A DNA stretch of 63,070 nucleotides, the filler included, from Asterionella formosa (taxonomy: Eukaryota), in NCBI GenBank assembly GCA_002256025.1. It is 12 parts of 12 records of this genome, joined end to end, with 100 filler letters (N's around TTAATTAATTAA, not from the genome) between each part and the next. Parts side by side here need not be neighbours in the genome. Positions count along the whole stretch, not along the records: positions 38,574 to 39,656 come from NKIB01004449.1; positions 39,757 to 40,839 come from NKIB01004450.1; positions 40,940 to 42,022 come from NKIB01004451.1; positions 42,123 to 43,205 come from NKIB01004452.1; positions 43,306 to 44,388 come from NKIB01004453.1; positions 44,489 to 45,571 come from NKIB01004454.1; positions 45,672 to 63,070 come from NKIB01004455.1; 5 more parts are not named here. The stretch is one strand, 5' to 3'. Positions 38,574 through 50,980 of the stretch are shown piece after piece; the stretch's first letter is position 1, and each line of letters opens with the position of its first letter. Both the position numbers and the translations under genes were made by a program. The notes under the pieces are model-generated. The model did no database searches. It had not been told where the DNA came from and saw only the letters and a list, made by a program, of their open reading frames with translations.

Positions 38574-39560
38574 GTTCTGTTGAGGAGTATGGGGGGCAGT
38601 ATACTCAATCTGAATACCCTGCGTGGTGCAGACGATACTTAGACTGGTCATGTTTTCACCGGCATTTTCCAGCGTAGGAAGCGTACTACATAGCCCGCTG
38701 ACTTGAGTGTAGTCAATAGGGCATCTGCGATGCTCGCCAAAAGACTTTTCTTGTTAACAAAATAACTCCATGCCTTGCCTGTGTACTGATCCACGAATAG
38801 AATCCAGTAGTTGCTTCCAATTAGAGATTTCTCGTAGGGACCTGAAATGTCCACGTACAATCGTTCAGCAGGAGTAGAGGCCTTGAGGGTCGTGACTTTA
38901 GGTACCGCTTTGGCCTTTGCCTTAGCTAGTGCGCAGCCTTCACACGACTGAATCTTGCCCGTAGGTTCAATACCGAGGGACTTTAGCGTTGCGCGAAGGG
39001 ATGCCTCGCTGATGTGGCCGTATTTGTCGTGGGCCTCGTTGATGTCAATTTGCGTTGGTTTCTTGGTAGTTTATGCCGTAGGAAGTTGCGTCACTGTCTT
39101 GGTATTCGTTGGAGTAGGATCAGGTGTACGGTTTGTTGTCGAGTCGTGAATAGACAAGACCGTTTCGGACTGTAGGGTACGTTTTCCCTTGAAGTAGTAA
39201 AGGACGCCTTGATCCTCACAAGAAAAGGTTAGTTCGTTGTCGTACCCTTCCTTATGTAGACTCAACTCAGACCCCTTCATGCGTGCCTCGCACCCTCCGT
39301 TCTTGACAAATTGCCCGATGCTGACGATATTCTTGTGGAAGTGAGGAGTGTAGAGTACCTTGCGTAGTAACATGGAACACGTCTTGTTGGTAATCAGAAT
39401 ATCACCTCGTTTCGTGCATACCACCTCTTTACCGTCACCGACAATGACCGAGACGTTTACATTTTCGACGTTTGTCATGTATTTGTCAGTCTAGTGATGT
39501 GCGTGGTAGCCCCAGTGTCCGCAAGCCAGCGCTCCGTTCCGTTGCTTGATGCGCAGTATT
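38574..39560 (-). mobile_element. Ty1/copia pol fragment (protease, GAG-pre-integrase, integrase), disrupted
   Basis: WLADTGATTHI, VIVGDG..LYTP.FHKNIVSI, HDKYGH..CEGC, RLYVDISGP..YWILFVDQYT, IEYTAPHTPQQN. Confidence 0.9.
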
Positions 39561-39762
39561 GGTCTTCGTACCACTCGTCTTCCATTGTAGGGACGAAACA
39601 CACGCGTACCGGTACAGGTATACAGCTAGCTTTCCAGCATTCTAATGATAAGAGGTNNNNNNNNNNNNNNNNNNNNNNNNNNNNNNNNNNNNNNNNNNNN
39701 TTAATTAATTAANNNNNNNNNNNNNNNNNNNNNNNNNNNNNNNNNNNNNNNNNNNNGATAGC

Positions 39763-40146
39763 TGTTGGATCACAGTGGGTCGAAGATTGAAGCCAAGGTT
39801 CATCGTGATGTCACAACCTATGACACCGGTTACCTCCTGGGCACGCAATGACGTGTGGCACCGAATCCAGGTCGATGTTTAGTGATATATTTGTTTTGCT
39901 TCACCTCCCATGTATTCGAGGGGACTGAACGAATATTGCAGTGCAGTGTGGGCGCGTGGATGAACGTACCGTGTCATACGGTACAGGGGACTAACTAGTC
40001 ATTAGAGTGTTTTAGCGATAGTACAGCGTGCAAGCTTGGAGCAGCGAATGCGCTAGAATGGCGTAGGTTTATATATCTTTAAGTCTATCTTTTCAACCTT
40101 TATCTTTCTTTCCTTGTGCACCATGTAAGTTGTTCTGCCGACAACA
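39763..40146. mobile_element. Probable solo LTR (TGTTG...CAACA, 384 bp)
   Basis: Canonical termini. Flanks ATAGC / CTAGC are a 4/5 match to a 5-bp TSD. Confidence 0.65.
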
Positions 40147-40269
40147 CTAGCGTATTTATTCGAAGCAGCTCCGTGGTTAGGCAAACCCACTGTCAATAGT
40201 GTCGAAGCTCATCAGTTTGACAAAGAGCAAACATTTTGGCAAATTCCTAGTAAGCTGACAACTAGTGGA

Positions 40270-40604
40270 GTGATTGAAACTCATCATGTTAATGCAATCA
40301 CCTTGCCTCTCCTTCTGCAGGAACAGAAGCATTTTTCGGGTGTGAAAACTAGCCAAGGTTTAGCCCCAATCACCATGGGATTTGCCGATGCAAATTTTGG
40401 AGGGGCGGTTTTTGACCGTCTTGCCTATTCTGGCAGAGTAGTCATGATCAATGGTACAGCTGTTATTACATTGTGTCGCAAACAAAGTACCACTGCTTAC
40501 AATACAACAGAAGCTGAACTAGATGCTGCTACTACATTATCTAAACATGTGCTCTGGCTACGAATTTATATGGAAGACATGTCTCTCCCTTACCACACAT
40601 CTAA
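40270..40604 (+). mobile_element. Ty1/copia RNase H fragment
   Basis: GFADANFGG..DRLAYSG..INGTAV..RKQSTTA..TTEAELDAA..WLR. Interrupted by the repeat at ~40605. Confidence 0.85.
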
Positions 40605-40839
40605 GCCGCGAAATACGCCACTTTTCGAAATTTCGTCTACGTATGAGTGTTAATTATGTGGTACTTCACATGCATTAATGCCACTCTTCACGTAAAAAAG
40701 ATTACTTTTAACGGTTTCATGTGAAGTTTTAACTGTTTCATGTGAAGTTTTCACAATGAATTTTGAACGCGAGACTGAATTAGTTGATGTTTCAAATAAT
40801 TCATTTGACTTTTCGAAATTTCGTCTACGTACGAGTGTT
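40605..40839. repeat. ~188-bp-period repeat with 21-bp subunits; related copy at 44489-44650
   Basis: CTTTTCGAAATTTCGTCTACGTA at 40621 and 40809. Tandem TTTAAC(G/T)GTTTCATGTGAAGT units. Confidence 0.8.
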
Positions 40840-40939
40840 NNNNNNNNNNNNNNNNNNNNNNNNNNNNNNNNNNNNNNNNNNNNTTAATTAATTAANNNNN
40901 NNNNNNNNNNNNNNNNNNNNNNNNNNNNNNNNNNNNNNN

Positions 40940-42022
40940 CGTACGAGTCAAGTAATATGGCAAATGTGATTGCCTTGTCAGGTCAGTGGACAAAATGCAC
41001 GATTAACGAGAATGAGAACCCCGACATTTGGTTTGTGGAGTTGGATAGAATTCGAGAACGATTGAGTCATACGAGCTCCGCAATTTCGGATGGTGCCTAT
41101 GTGGCCCATGTTATCAACAACCTACCGGAAGTCTACAAGAGTTTGGTGGTTGGAAAATTTGGTCTCGCGAGCTCCGAGCTCACGATCCAAGAGGTCAAGA
41201 AGAATGTACGCGACTATTACGATTTGTATGTGCGTGACGAAACCAAGACGAATAAGAATGGCGAGCAGGCCTTCTTTTCAAAAAGCAAGTTTAAGGGAGA
41301 CTGCAGGAAGTGTGGCAAGTATGGCCACAAGGCAGTTGATTGCCGAAGCAAGGGCAATACTACAGAAAAGAGAGAATTAACTCCCGAGCAACGAAATAAG
41401 AGAAAGAATGTGAAGTGTTATAATTGCCAGAAGATGGGGCACTATGCCAGTGAGTGCAACAATCAAAAAAATGCACCAATCAAACAGAAGGGAGAAGACG
41501 CCAACACTACTACGCAAGGAATGTTCGTGGTGACGTGTATTGAGGCAAGGTACAATGAAGAGGTAAATTATACGTGCGTGCATAAGGACCGTTGGCTACT
41601 AGATAGTGGCGCTACGGTACATATATGCAATGATGAGCGCATCATGGAGGACAAGCGCACAGTGCGTGAAACTGTTCTTGTGGGAAACGGCGCAGCAATT
41701 GTTGCGACCGTATCAGGCACGGTGACCCTTATGACGACAGACAAAGGAAAAGTGCTGAAACTCACCAATGTGCTCTATGCACCGGAGTTCAAGCAGAACA
41801 TTATCAGTATTTCGAGAATTATTGACAAGGGAAATAAAGTTATGTTTGACGATGATAAGATGACGATCAGAAACAACAACGGATTTTTGATCTGTAAACG
41901 TGATGAAACGAGGACAATTGGTGCAATGTACCATGTGCAAGGAACGCCTATTCTAAAGGAAACGGTGTTGGAGGTTGAACAAGAAAGCGAGAAGCCAACA
42001 CAACAATCCATCGACTATGATA
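40940..42022 (+). mobile_element. Ty1/copia gag-protease fragment (open frame)
   Basis: Two CCHC knuckles (CRKCGKYGHKAVDC, CYNCQKMGHYASEC), protease WLLDSGATVHIC, NVLYAP..NIISIS. Confidence 0.92.
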
Positions 42023-42122
42023 NNNNNNNNNNNNNNNNNNNNNNNNNNNNNNNNNNNNNNNNNNNNTTAATTAATTAANNNNNNNNNNNNNNNNNNNNNN
42101 NNNNNNNNNNNNNNNNNNNNNN

Positions 42123-42455
42123 TAAACTAGCAACAGAACACCATATGTTCAGGACTGTTGCTACTGCAGTGGGACAGTAAATCATCATAGTTTTAGGATC
42201 ATATGATCGTAAAACTAAAAACAAATAGAACACGAAATGTCTATGACTGCTGCTACTGCAGCGGGACAGTAAATCATCATAATTTTAGGATCGTATGATC
42301 GTAAAACTAAAAACCAATGGAATACCAAATATTCAGGACTGTTGCTACTACCGTGGGACAATAAATCATCATAGTTCTAGGATTGTATGATCGTAAAACT
42401 AAAAACCAATAGTCGGAGTAATACCGGTAAGCGAGCAACAGAACACCATATGTTC
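42123..42455 (+). repeat. ~92-bp tandem minisatellite (about 3.5 copies)
   Basis: AAAACTAAAAAC recurs at 42211, 42303 and 42395 with a conserved body GACTG.TGCTACT..GGGACA.TAAATCATCATA. Confidence 0.9.
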
Positions 42456-42877
42456 TGGCATACCTACCCGGTAGTTATCATGATATTGCTTTTATGAATT
42501 TAACTGGCGCGATAATTAGCCAGGCTGACGAGTTACTACCGGTACCAGGTAGTACGTCTACATCTTTTATCAGCACCTACGGTTATGGTGGTACTATGTT
42601 TTTCCCTATTATTTTCTGTCGCAGCTCTGTACAGAGGCTGTGAAAGTCAAAGCGCTGCCCCCCGCCCCCCCTCTATTATACCGGAAAAATTTGGTACATC
42701 ACCCATTATCGTGCGTTGCAACGGCCCGCGACAGGGTGGCTGTGGTTATGGAGCAGGGGGTAGAACGCCACAACATGACGAAGTCCCAAGGATCATGAAT
42801 GGGAAGAAAACTTTGCTGCATTCTGGTGGTACCATTGGACTTGGGAAACAGCGAGGAAGGTTGTATCCCGCCGTATC

Positions 42878-43101
42878 AAACGGTTTCGAATAAGAGGAGT
42901 TGGAACGAAGAGATGTGACAAGAACTGACCTGACACTTCTGTCCGACTTGGTCGATGGATGTCTCCCGCCTATTTGTGACTTCCTGCGCAACACAACAAA
43001 ACTTGCCACAACGACGAATCAAACGGGTTTCGAATATGAGGAGTGGTTGGAACGAAGAGACTTGTCATAAACATGACACTTCTGTCCGACTCGGTCGATG
43101 G
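42878..43101 (+). repeat. Direct duplication of ~80 bp
   Basis: AAACGG.TTCGAATA..GAGGAG..TTGGAACGAAGAGA..TGACACTTCTGTCCGACT.GGTCGATGGA occurs twice. Confidence 0.8.
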
Positions 43102-43305
43102 AGCAAAAGAAACGACACCAGCGTCCGGTTATTTGCAAATGGCTGTACTTGATTAAAAACAAATAACCATTTTGTTAGTAACTATTAATGAGTAAATAAA
43201 AATTCNNNNNNNNNNNNNNNNNNNNNNNNNNNNNNNNNNNNNNNNNNNNTTAATTAATTAANNNNNNNNNNNNNNNNNNNNNNNNNNNNNNNNNNNNNNN
43301 NNNNN

Positions 43306-44388
43306 TCACAACTCCCTCCGAGGAGCCATGCCAACCGTTGTTGGTCAAAACCGAGGGCGAAATTCGGCCCTAACGTCCGAACTTTCGCGATCAATTCTGC
43401 CATGTGTGGCTCGGTACGTAGAACACGCCACCGACCACACGTGAACACTAAGTGTTCCAGCGTTTCTGGTTCATCCATACCACAAAATGGGCACTTCCTC
43501 AAATACCTATGAGGCATTCGCTTCCACCCCACCAAGGTGGGGATAGTTACAAATGCCCCAATCCGACACCGAACTATCAAAGCCAGTCCTGCTTGGTCTT
43601 TGGGACTGCCCCCCACACGTGACCGTGTGAGTGGATGCTTGTCAAATCCGGCTCCCTCATACCACACTGTGCGGGCCCCCGACGGACGAGTCAAGTTCCG
43701 TCGGATCCCACACTCTCTCTCCAAAATGCATGCTTTCACTACCTCAGCCAGTACCTTTGGTTCCAGGCTCTGCCATCCAGCACCCAAGTACCGGTACCTC
43801 TCCACAATAGACACCGGCGCATGGGGGAGCGCATAGCGTTTCAGCCAGCGCGGAACCCCCGAGCACCATGTCCATTTCTGACTTCGGAATGGTCTTAGGA
43901 CCAATTCCTGAAGCCAGGTTTTGAGACCCGAGGCCTTGGCATAAGCTCTGGCCCGTCGGGCACCCGCCAAGGCACACATTGGCAACATCCGTGCCTCCTT
44001 CCAAAGGCCTACTGATGGCACATCCCCTGCCCTCCTGGCTCCAATGCTAGCCCTAAGGCATCGGTTCAGAAGAACCTGCATTTTGTCCGTAAGGTGACGG
44101 TTCATACCATACAGCTCAGCCCCAAAAAGGAGGCGGGGGGCAACTACTCCTGCAACAGTCAGCAAACGCATGGCCATTGGTACCACCGGGCACCGTAGAA
44201 ACGGTACCAAGGTGGCAACTGTGGCCCGCCCTTGCTTGACTCTATGGTCCACCATAGACAAGATAGACAGACCTGGTGTCATGAGGACACCCAGATACAT
44301 ATATCTGTCCACAACAGGGAGTGGAAGTCCCTCCAGTTCCAGTCCGGCCACATCTTGTCCAGGGACAAGCGGTTCAGTGGCCGGGTCT
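43306..44388 (-). mobile_element. Non-LTR retrotransposon (LINE) ORF2 C-terminal fragment
   Basis: RT terminal motif YMYLGV, thumb region LLFGAELYG, and zinc knuckle CPFCG..ETLEHLVFTC. Confidence 0.85.
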
Positions 44389-44488
44389 NNNNNNNNNNNN
44401 NNNNNNNNNNNNNNNNNNNNNNNNNNNNNNNNTTAATTAATTAANNNNNNNNNNNNNNNNNNNNNNNNNNNNNNNNNNNNNNNNNNNN

Positions 44489-44650
44489 ACATGCATTAAT
44501 GCCACTCTTCACGTAAAAAGGTTACTTTTAACGGTTTCATGTGAAGTTTTAACGGTTTCATGTGAAGTTTTAACTGTTTCATGTGAAGTTTTCACAATGA
44601 ATTTTGAACGCGAGACTGAATTAGTTGATGTTTCAAATAATTCATTTGAA
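44489..44650 (+). repeat. Second copy of the 40669-40808 repeat
   Basis: Near-identical CATGCATTAATGCCACTCTTCACGTAAAAA...TCAAATAATTCATTTGA, with one extra 21-bp unit. Confidence 0.85.
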
Positions 44651-46109
44651 AGTTCAACTAAGATCCTGCTCTTGAGGCTAATACATTCGCAACACGCATT
44701 TTACTTAATGAAATAGTAAGGATATTTGTGGTGTCTAATGTCATCCATCTGAGATCAAAGTTTTACGGTTGTACACATCACATGAAGAACTGACACTTAC
44801 CGGTAAAAAAGCTCCCTCTTCCCAGTTTTCATGTTATGTAGGTTATTACCGGTACTAGGTAAATGTACTACTAGCCAGTGGTAGGCAACCCAATTTTTTT
44901 ACGTGATTATTATTAATCAAAATCAACACTGGTGGAATTATGTCTACTGATGAGGATGGTACCAGGTAGTATTGTTTGCCAAATATGTGCCAAACAAGGT
45001 CCATTATTTTAGCTACCTGTTATTCTTATTTTTCTCTCGCCAACACAGCACTGCAACGACAGTAAATATCATGGATCTGTGTGACAATAACGACGAGGAC
45101 AAATGTAAATTCTGTGGTAAAGGTCCTTTTAAATCAATTCGTGGTCATCACAGACACAGCAAAAGTTGCAAAACCAAGAAACATACTTCCATGCCTATCT
45201 CGGTTTAAAAAAATCAATGGTGATCTCGAACAGCCTACGTGCATCCCGACTTGGAAGAATGATCCCCATTCTTCCAGTTCCACTTCCTAAGAACACATAT
45301 CGGGTTGTGGTTAAATGGAGACTTCGAGTACTGCTTGATCAGCATCGTGACCACACTCACCGTATTTTACTTCGTCATTTCCTACAAGGTCATGTCGAAG
45401 ATACCGTGAATGCGGACCTTGATAGTTTATTGGACGTCATGTTTAGGAGACTGGAGTCAGTGAATTCGTCAACTTTCATTAAAAAGAAGGGCGGAAAGAA
45501 GATTGGATGGCATGCACTTGTTATTGATCATAGCAATGTCAAGTTTGCTAGAAGCTTTGTTGATGAGGTTTNNNNNNNNNNNNNNNNNNNNNNNNNNNNN
45601 NNNNNNNNNNNNNNNTTAATTAATTAANNNNNNNNNNNNNNNNNNNNNNNNNNNNNNNNNNNNNNNNNNNNTAATTCGCGTAGATTTCTTGCATGGTTTG
45701 AGGACTGGTTTGGTATCATTATGTACCGGTAGTCAGGAAGGAAAAGCACATGTTTGTAGCCAGCCCGTAACCGTTGAATTTTCGTGATACTTTTTGGTGA
45801 TACAATTTCATTTTTATTTTTGTGGAGAATGGATTTTTTCGGTTTAAATCGAGTAGCCGTTACATGATACTTTTTCAAAAAAATGATACCAAATCGAAAA
45901 TGATAAGAACGACCCTGAGTAGGACAGTCGTACATGTGTATATGTACATATCTGCTGTAGCAATCTAAAGTTTAGAAGTCATGATAGATGTGCATACCGG
46001 TATATGCAAATGCATGTTCGAGTCTACTTGTGTGTGAGTACTGGTACCAGGTACTACTGTCAATTGTATCATCTCTTGTACTACCTGGTACCCTGGTACC
46101 AGTAGTACC

Positions 46110-46375
46110 AATATGTTGCACAGATATTCTTGTATGTAAACGTATGTTCACGATTGATTTGAATTTTAATCATGGTGCCCATCATAGGGATTACCTACCG
46201 GTATATATGTAGCACACATATTTTTGGATGTAAACGTACGTACCAGTATGCATACGATTGATTTGAATTCAAATCATGTCCATCATAGTGACACCTATAT
46301 ACCGGTATGTTGCACAGATATTTGTATGTAAACGTACTACGTCTACGATTGATTTGAATTTGAATCATGCCTATG
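46110..46375 (+). repeat. ~95-bp tandem repeat, three copies
   Basis: TATGT.GCAC..ATATT..TGTAAACGTA...ACGATTGATTTGAATT..AATCATG occurs three times. Confidence 0.85.
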
Positions 46376-47464
46376 ATAGGGATAGGGTTAGGGAGTGACT
46401 TTGGTATACCGGTATCTAAAGTTGATTGATGGACGTAATATCACGTAGTCGTACAACAATGTGGCATTGGTATCTGTTGGTAATGAAGGGGACGCAATAA
46501 CAATTTCTCGTACAAACAAGGTTACATTGGTATCTATAGTCACCTCGTACTCAGGCTTATTTTAATTACTTACTTGTAGGTACAAGAGATGATGCGGAAA
46601 AATTCAAAAACAGTACGCACATCAGGTCGCGGAAAACAATGATATCCTCATGCATTGTATATATTTGAATTATGTATAAGCTTAATTGATGATAGTATAA
46701 ACATTATGTCTATTTATTTATACGTTTTCAAATTTTTATAAATGTATACATAGCCTATACATTTGAAATCATGTTTAGAGGTTCCTTGTTATGCATACCG
46801 GGACGACATGATCCTGAAATGAAAGATAATCTCTCCCCTGTGACAAGGACAACTGAAAGAACGACGCTTCAATGCAGACAATGATGACAAACATTGCGGC
46901 TTAGACTGATTGAAAATGGAAGAGTGAACTGAATCTAGCTATGGTATGTCAAGAGTACATGCCAAGGTGATCAATTTTTGGGTTCACAAAGACTAAATGA
47001 TTGCCTCCTTCCCTAGCAACAATTCAAAAGCACATTTCGCATTCAGTGGGACGATACCACCAATGTCGACCAAAAACTTGTAAATGCTCTTGTTGGATCA
47101 ATGAGCCACTGTTAGAATATCACTGACACATGTTTTTTTCAATCTTTCAGGATAATTATAATCAAAGAGTTTTGTTGTAAGTTATAAATGACATTGGTGC
47201 AACGATTTATTGATTTGTACTTATGTGATCATTGACTGACACACTATTTTACTGAATTATGCGAAAAGTTCATCGATTTCTGGTAAGTGGAGCATGCTAA
47301 AATGGGACTGCAGTGTTGAGACATAAACAAAACATGGCTAACGAGCTTGTAATTCCTTCTCATTGTTATTATGATTAGGAAATCAAATAGATAAAATAGA
47401 ATCGGATCAAAAGGAAATGGGATTTGCAGCATGTAGTCAGATGAGTTTCAGAATCAGAATGGAT

Positions 47465-47640
47465 GGGAGGCGGGAGGCATGCATCAAGAGATTTGAAGGC
47501 AGGAGGCAATACATCCTCAAGAGCATTGAAGGGAAGTGGGAGGCATGTATCCTCAAGAGCATCATTGAAGGGAGTCGGGGGTGGCATGCATCCTCGCAAG
47601 CATTGAAGGGAGGCAGAAGGCATGCATCAAGAGCATTGAG
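47465..47640 (+). repeat. Degenerate ~35-bp minisatellite
   Basis: GGCATGCATCCTCAAGAGCATTGAAGG-like unit, about five copies. Confidence 0.75.
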
Positions 47641-49689
47641 ACAATAGAAAAGGGGAACATTGGCTGTTTAACCGCAAAACAAAATGTAGAAACATAAAAA
47701 TTATTTCGTGATATAACAGTAAAATTACAATCCATTTCAACCTATTTTTAACAGCTATTTCGATTAGAGTTACCATCATGTAAGGCAGGATAGGTATATG
47801 ATAAAAGAATATATATCATAGGGTAATGTTTTGAAAATTATATGGTGGTTTGATTATGATGAGTAAGCTTAGCCTGTTCACTTTCATAGTATGAATTTTT
47901 CATACATATAACGAAATCTGTATCATGCACAGAAAAATTCTGTGCCAGTTATCGTATGATACCCCTGATCTTATAAGTACGATATTTTTTATTTGCAGAC
48001 GGAAGAAAGGCTGCATGACAGTCATGGAAGAAGAAGGTTGCGAAGAGCGGGTGAAGGGCTGCAGCAATCTCTGATGAGGAGTAATTGGAAGGAGGGGGAG
48101 TGACTAGCTAGTGGAATAGGGAGTTGAAAATAAAACCACATATCATGGAAGCCGACTTCGGAGGGGCGAATTGGCTTGGTTGTGGTGGGGTCGGCGACAT
48201 AAGAGGGAGCTAGAGAATTGGAAGAGCTTCGATATGTGGGTAGTTGAGGTGGGAGGGGGACCATAGGCTTCCTTTTCGCTGTGTGGGCGCTATCTTGTGG
48301 CGGAGCCTCGTAGGAACCTGATGGTTGCGTTTGGGAGGAACGCTTCTTCGTGTTCTTGTGAAGCGGTGAGTCCAGCAGGGTTGAGAGGGAGGCTGAAGGA
48401 GATGAGGACGGAGAAGCCGGAGAAGGAGAGAGAATAGGAGGTGCAAGAGAAAGCGTATTGCGCCGGAAATAAGCGCCGAGATGAGGTTGCCCACCAGCGC
48501 CAACTGATTTTTTCGAGTTTGGACCTCGTTGCTTTGGGGCGTGGCGCGGAGGGAAGGGATGGGGATGGAACGTTGGCTGTGGCGGCCATTGGCATGTCGA
48601 TAGGAGGTTGGGTGAGGGAAGGGCGGGTAGCAGCTGGGAGCGCCATGGCGGAGGATGTTGAGGTTGACAGCAGCAGCATAGAGGCGGCCGTAGGCCATGT
48701 GCTAAGAATTAAGATATATGAATACCGGTAATAACTCGGAAAGTTAAATGTTGTGTTTGGAAAAAAGTGATTGTATCTATCTACATAAGAACCAATGTAT
48801 TTATCGATGACCACTCTTTGAAGATGTATTGTTGTTGATCGTATTTGTTGATTTGTATAGTCTTTGACCATGATGTCAATATTGTCACCAAGCAATGCTT
48901 TTCTTGTACTAATGCGCTGTGCTGCATTTATACTACGAGTTCGTATCACAAGCTATGTTAAAATATTCAGCTAGCTTCCTGTTGATCACAATCAATCAGA
49001 ACGGATTGGAATGGAATGATCAGGGCTGTTTGATGGGAGAAATGACTGTGGGCAGAAGGACTGCAAGCAACTTGGGTCAGGCTAGTCTACTTCAGCAATG
49101 TTCATGGTTGCAGCAACGACCAGATCATCTATGCTACATCACGATGTAAATTTCAATTGGGTTGATGCTTTTTCTTCTTATCTGTTTCATTTTGCTCTTC
49201 GATGGCTGGTGTGATGGAATTTTGCATGTGTAAGTGCTACAATGAATATATCTCCACTGTGAAACTCCTATTTTTTACTGTATTTCTAACACAAAACAAT
49301 ATTTTCTATTTCTCATTTGACGCTACTTATTACATTGCATGTCATACTTTGGTTGCTCCAAACATCATGTTCAATTTTCATTGAGATTGCATCTTTCAAA
49401 TCATTTGTGTGTGTTTGATGCTTGTTTTACTATTTCTGTATATATTACCATTATTCTGGCTGTCATGCTAAAATCGGCAATTTTTATCCCGGAAAATTCG
49501 ATGTCCCCCATATTGCCCCTAAATAAAAATTACTTAGAGCCTAAAAATTACTCAGAAGTACCCGAATGGCAAGACGATAGCTGGAACGGGAATTGACGAC
49601 TCACTGGGAGTTGACGGAAACCCGAAGTACGAAAAGTCACGTACAAAAACGGTGTTTTATCTAAAATCGACCTCGCATCCCGTTTTCCC

Positions 49690-49835
49690 AAAGGACCGCA
49701 AAAGAATGCGAAGTTCGCAAAAGTTCGCAAAAGACCGCAGAAAAACGTCGTATATCCGGGTTTTCCCATTCTTTTGTGGTCGTTTGCGAACTTTTGCGAA
49801 CTTATGTGAACTTATGCGGTCTTTTGCGGTCTTTT
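49690..49835. repeat. Inverted repeat built from (GTTC/GACC)GCAAAA units
   Basis: GACCGCAAAAG..GTTCGCAAAAGTTCGCAAAAGACCGCA versus TGTGGTCGTTTGCGAACTTTTGCGAAC..TTTTGCGGTC. Confidence 0.75.
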
Positions 49836-50179
49836 CGTTCGATCTCCTTCAGTGTGTTAAATATTTCTCAATCATATCCACTGGTCAAATGGATTATGAC
49901 TGCTTTTTTGAAACCAAGAACGATGCATTGAGCATGGTGTGACAACGAGTATCAAAAATAATATGTACCAGTAATGTGTATTACCGCTATATTTTATTCC
50001 TTGAACATAATTCCGTGCTATATAGGATCTATGGTTTTCTATCTACACAAAATCGAGCATACTCAGGACTCAGTACATACCAGGTAGTAGGGGATACGTT
50101 CGGTTCTGAAACTACCGGTATATTATCATCCGGATACCGGCACGATGTGGTGCCGATATGTACCCTGATGGTATCAGGT

Positions 50180-50320
50180 ACAACTGGTACCTGGTACCTG
50201 GTACCAGGGTAACTACAGGAAGAGGGTTGGATGATTAAAAACGGAATACCGGTACTCCACCTGGTACCAGGGACTCCGTACCAGGTACCGGTATCGGTAA
50301 CGGTACCGGACACCGGTATA
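50180..50320. repeat. Palindromic GGTACC/ACCGGT cluster upstream of the TBC gene
   Basis: CTGGTACCTGGTACCTGGTACCAGG; CCAGGTACCGGTATCGGTAACGGTACCGG. Confidence 0.85.
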
Positions 50321-50980
50321 CTGTGTGATGAGCAATGTTATTGCCCGTGGATGTTTAATGCCTGATCAGAGCTCAAACTCGATTCGACGAAATGGTAGTC
50401 GCGCGTACTTTTCAAGAAGTACGCGAACTTCGCAAAAGAACACGCGACTAGAATTTTGCAAGATATTTGGAAAAAAAACAGCGAGGTCTGTGCACGATAC
50501 ACAAAAGGAATTTTCCACGTAGCGAGGAAGTACGGAGTTTCCTGTACCTCCCTGGGCAGCCGTTGGAGTTTATTTTCTTGTCGTTTTCGTCATTTTTATT
50601 ACTGTAGTCGTTGGTACATCAGGTACCTGGTGATGCATACCTACAGTATCACTACCCGGTCCTCGTAGTCTGGACTACATATATGGTTACTTACGACATA
50701 CTTACCAGTGATTAAACCGGTTCTGGTAGTCTACTACCTGTACCGTCGTACCGGTAGGTGAAATGGCTGAGTGATGGCTGCTGCTGAATCATTCTTCAAA
50801 ACCCTCAAAAATGCTCTCAACATACATTTGTCGTTTCCTTGTTCCCATCAGCAACCCAAACTGCCTCACTGTTGACTTGACCGCTTGTCCACGCTTCTAC
50901 TCGACTACCACTTCAGTTGCTTGATTTGTTTAACAGGCAACAACCAACGAAGCAATCCAAAACTCCTTCTGTCACTCAAC

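Noticed and set aside
42123..42455. Repeat array superficially like CRISPR
   Set aside because: Whole 92-bp units are homologous with no unique spacers, there are no cas genes, and the context is eukaryotic.
34924..45671. Regularly recurring TTAATTAATTAA flanked by Ns, and ORFs ending XXX-LIN
   Set aside because: Artificial contig-join spacer with stops in all six frames. It is not biology, and the order of these contigs (including Exo70 among TEs) cannot be trusted.
46376..46393. TAGGGATAGGGTTAGGG telomere-like motif
   Set aside because: Only about three imperfect units, too short to call an interstitial telomere.
48210..48949. Overlapping ORFs in a purine-rich tract
   Set aside because: Low-complexity translations with no recognisable domain or consistent gene model.
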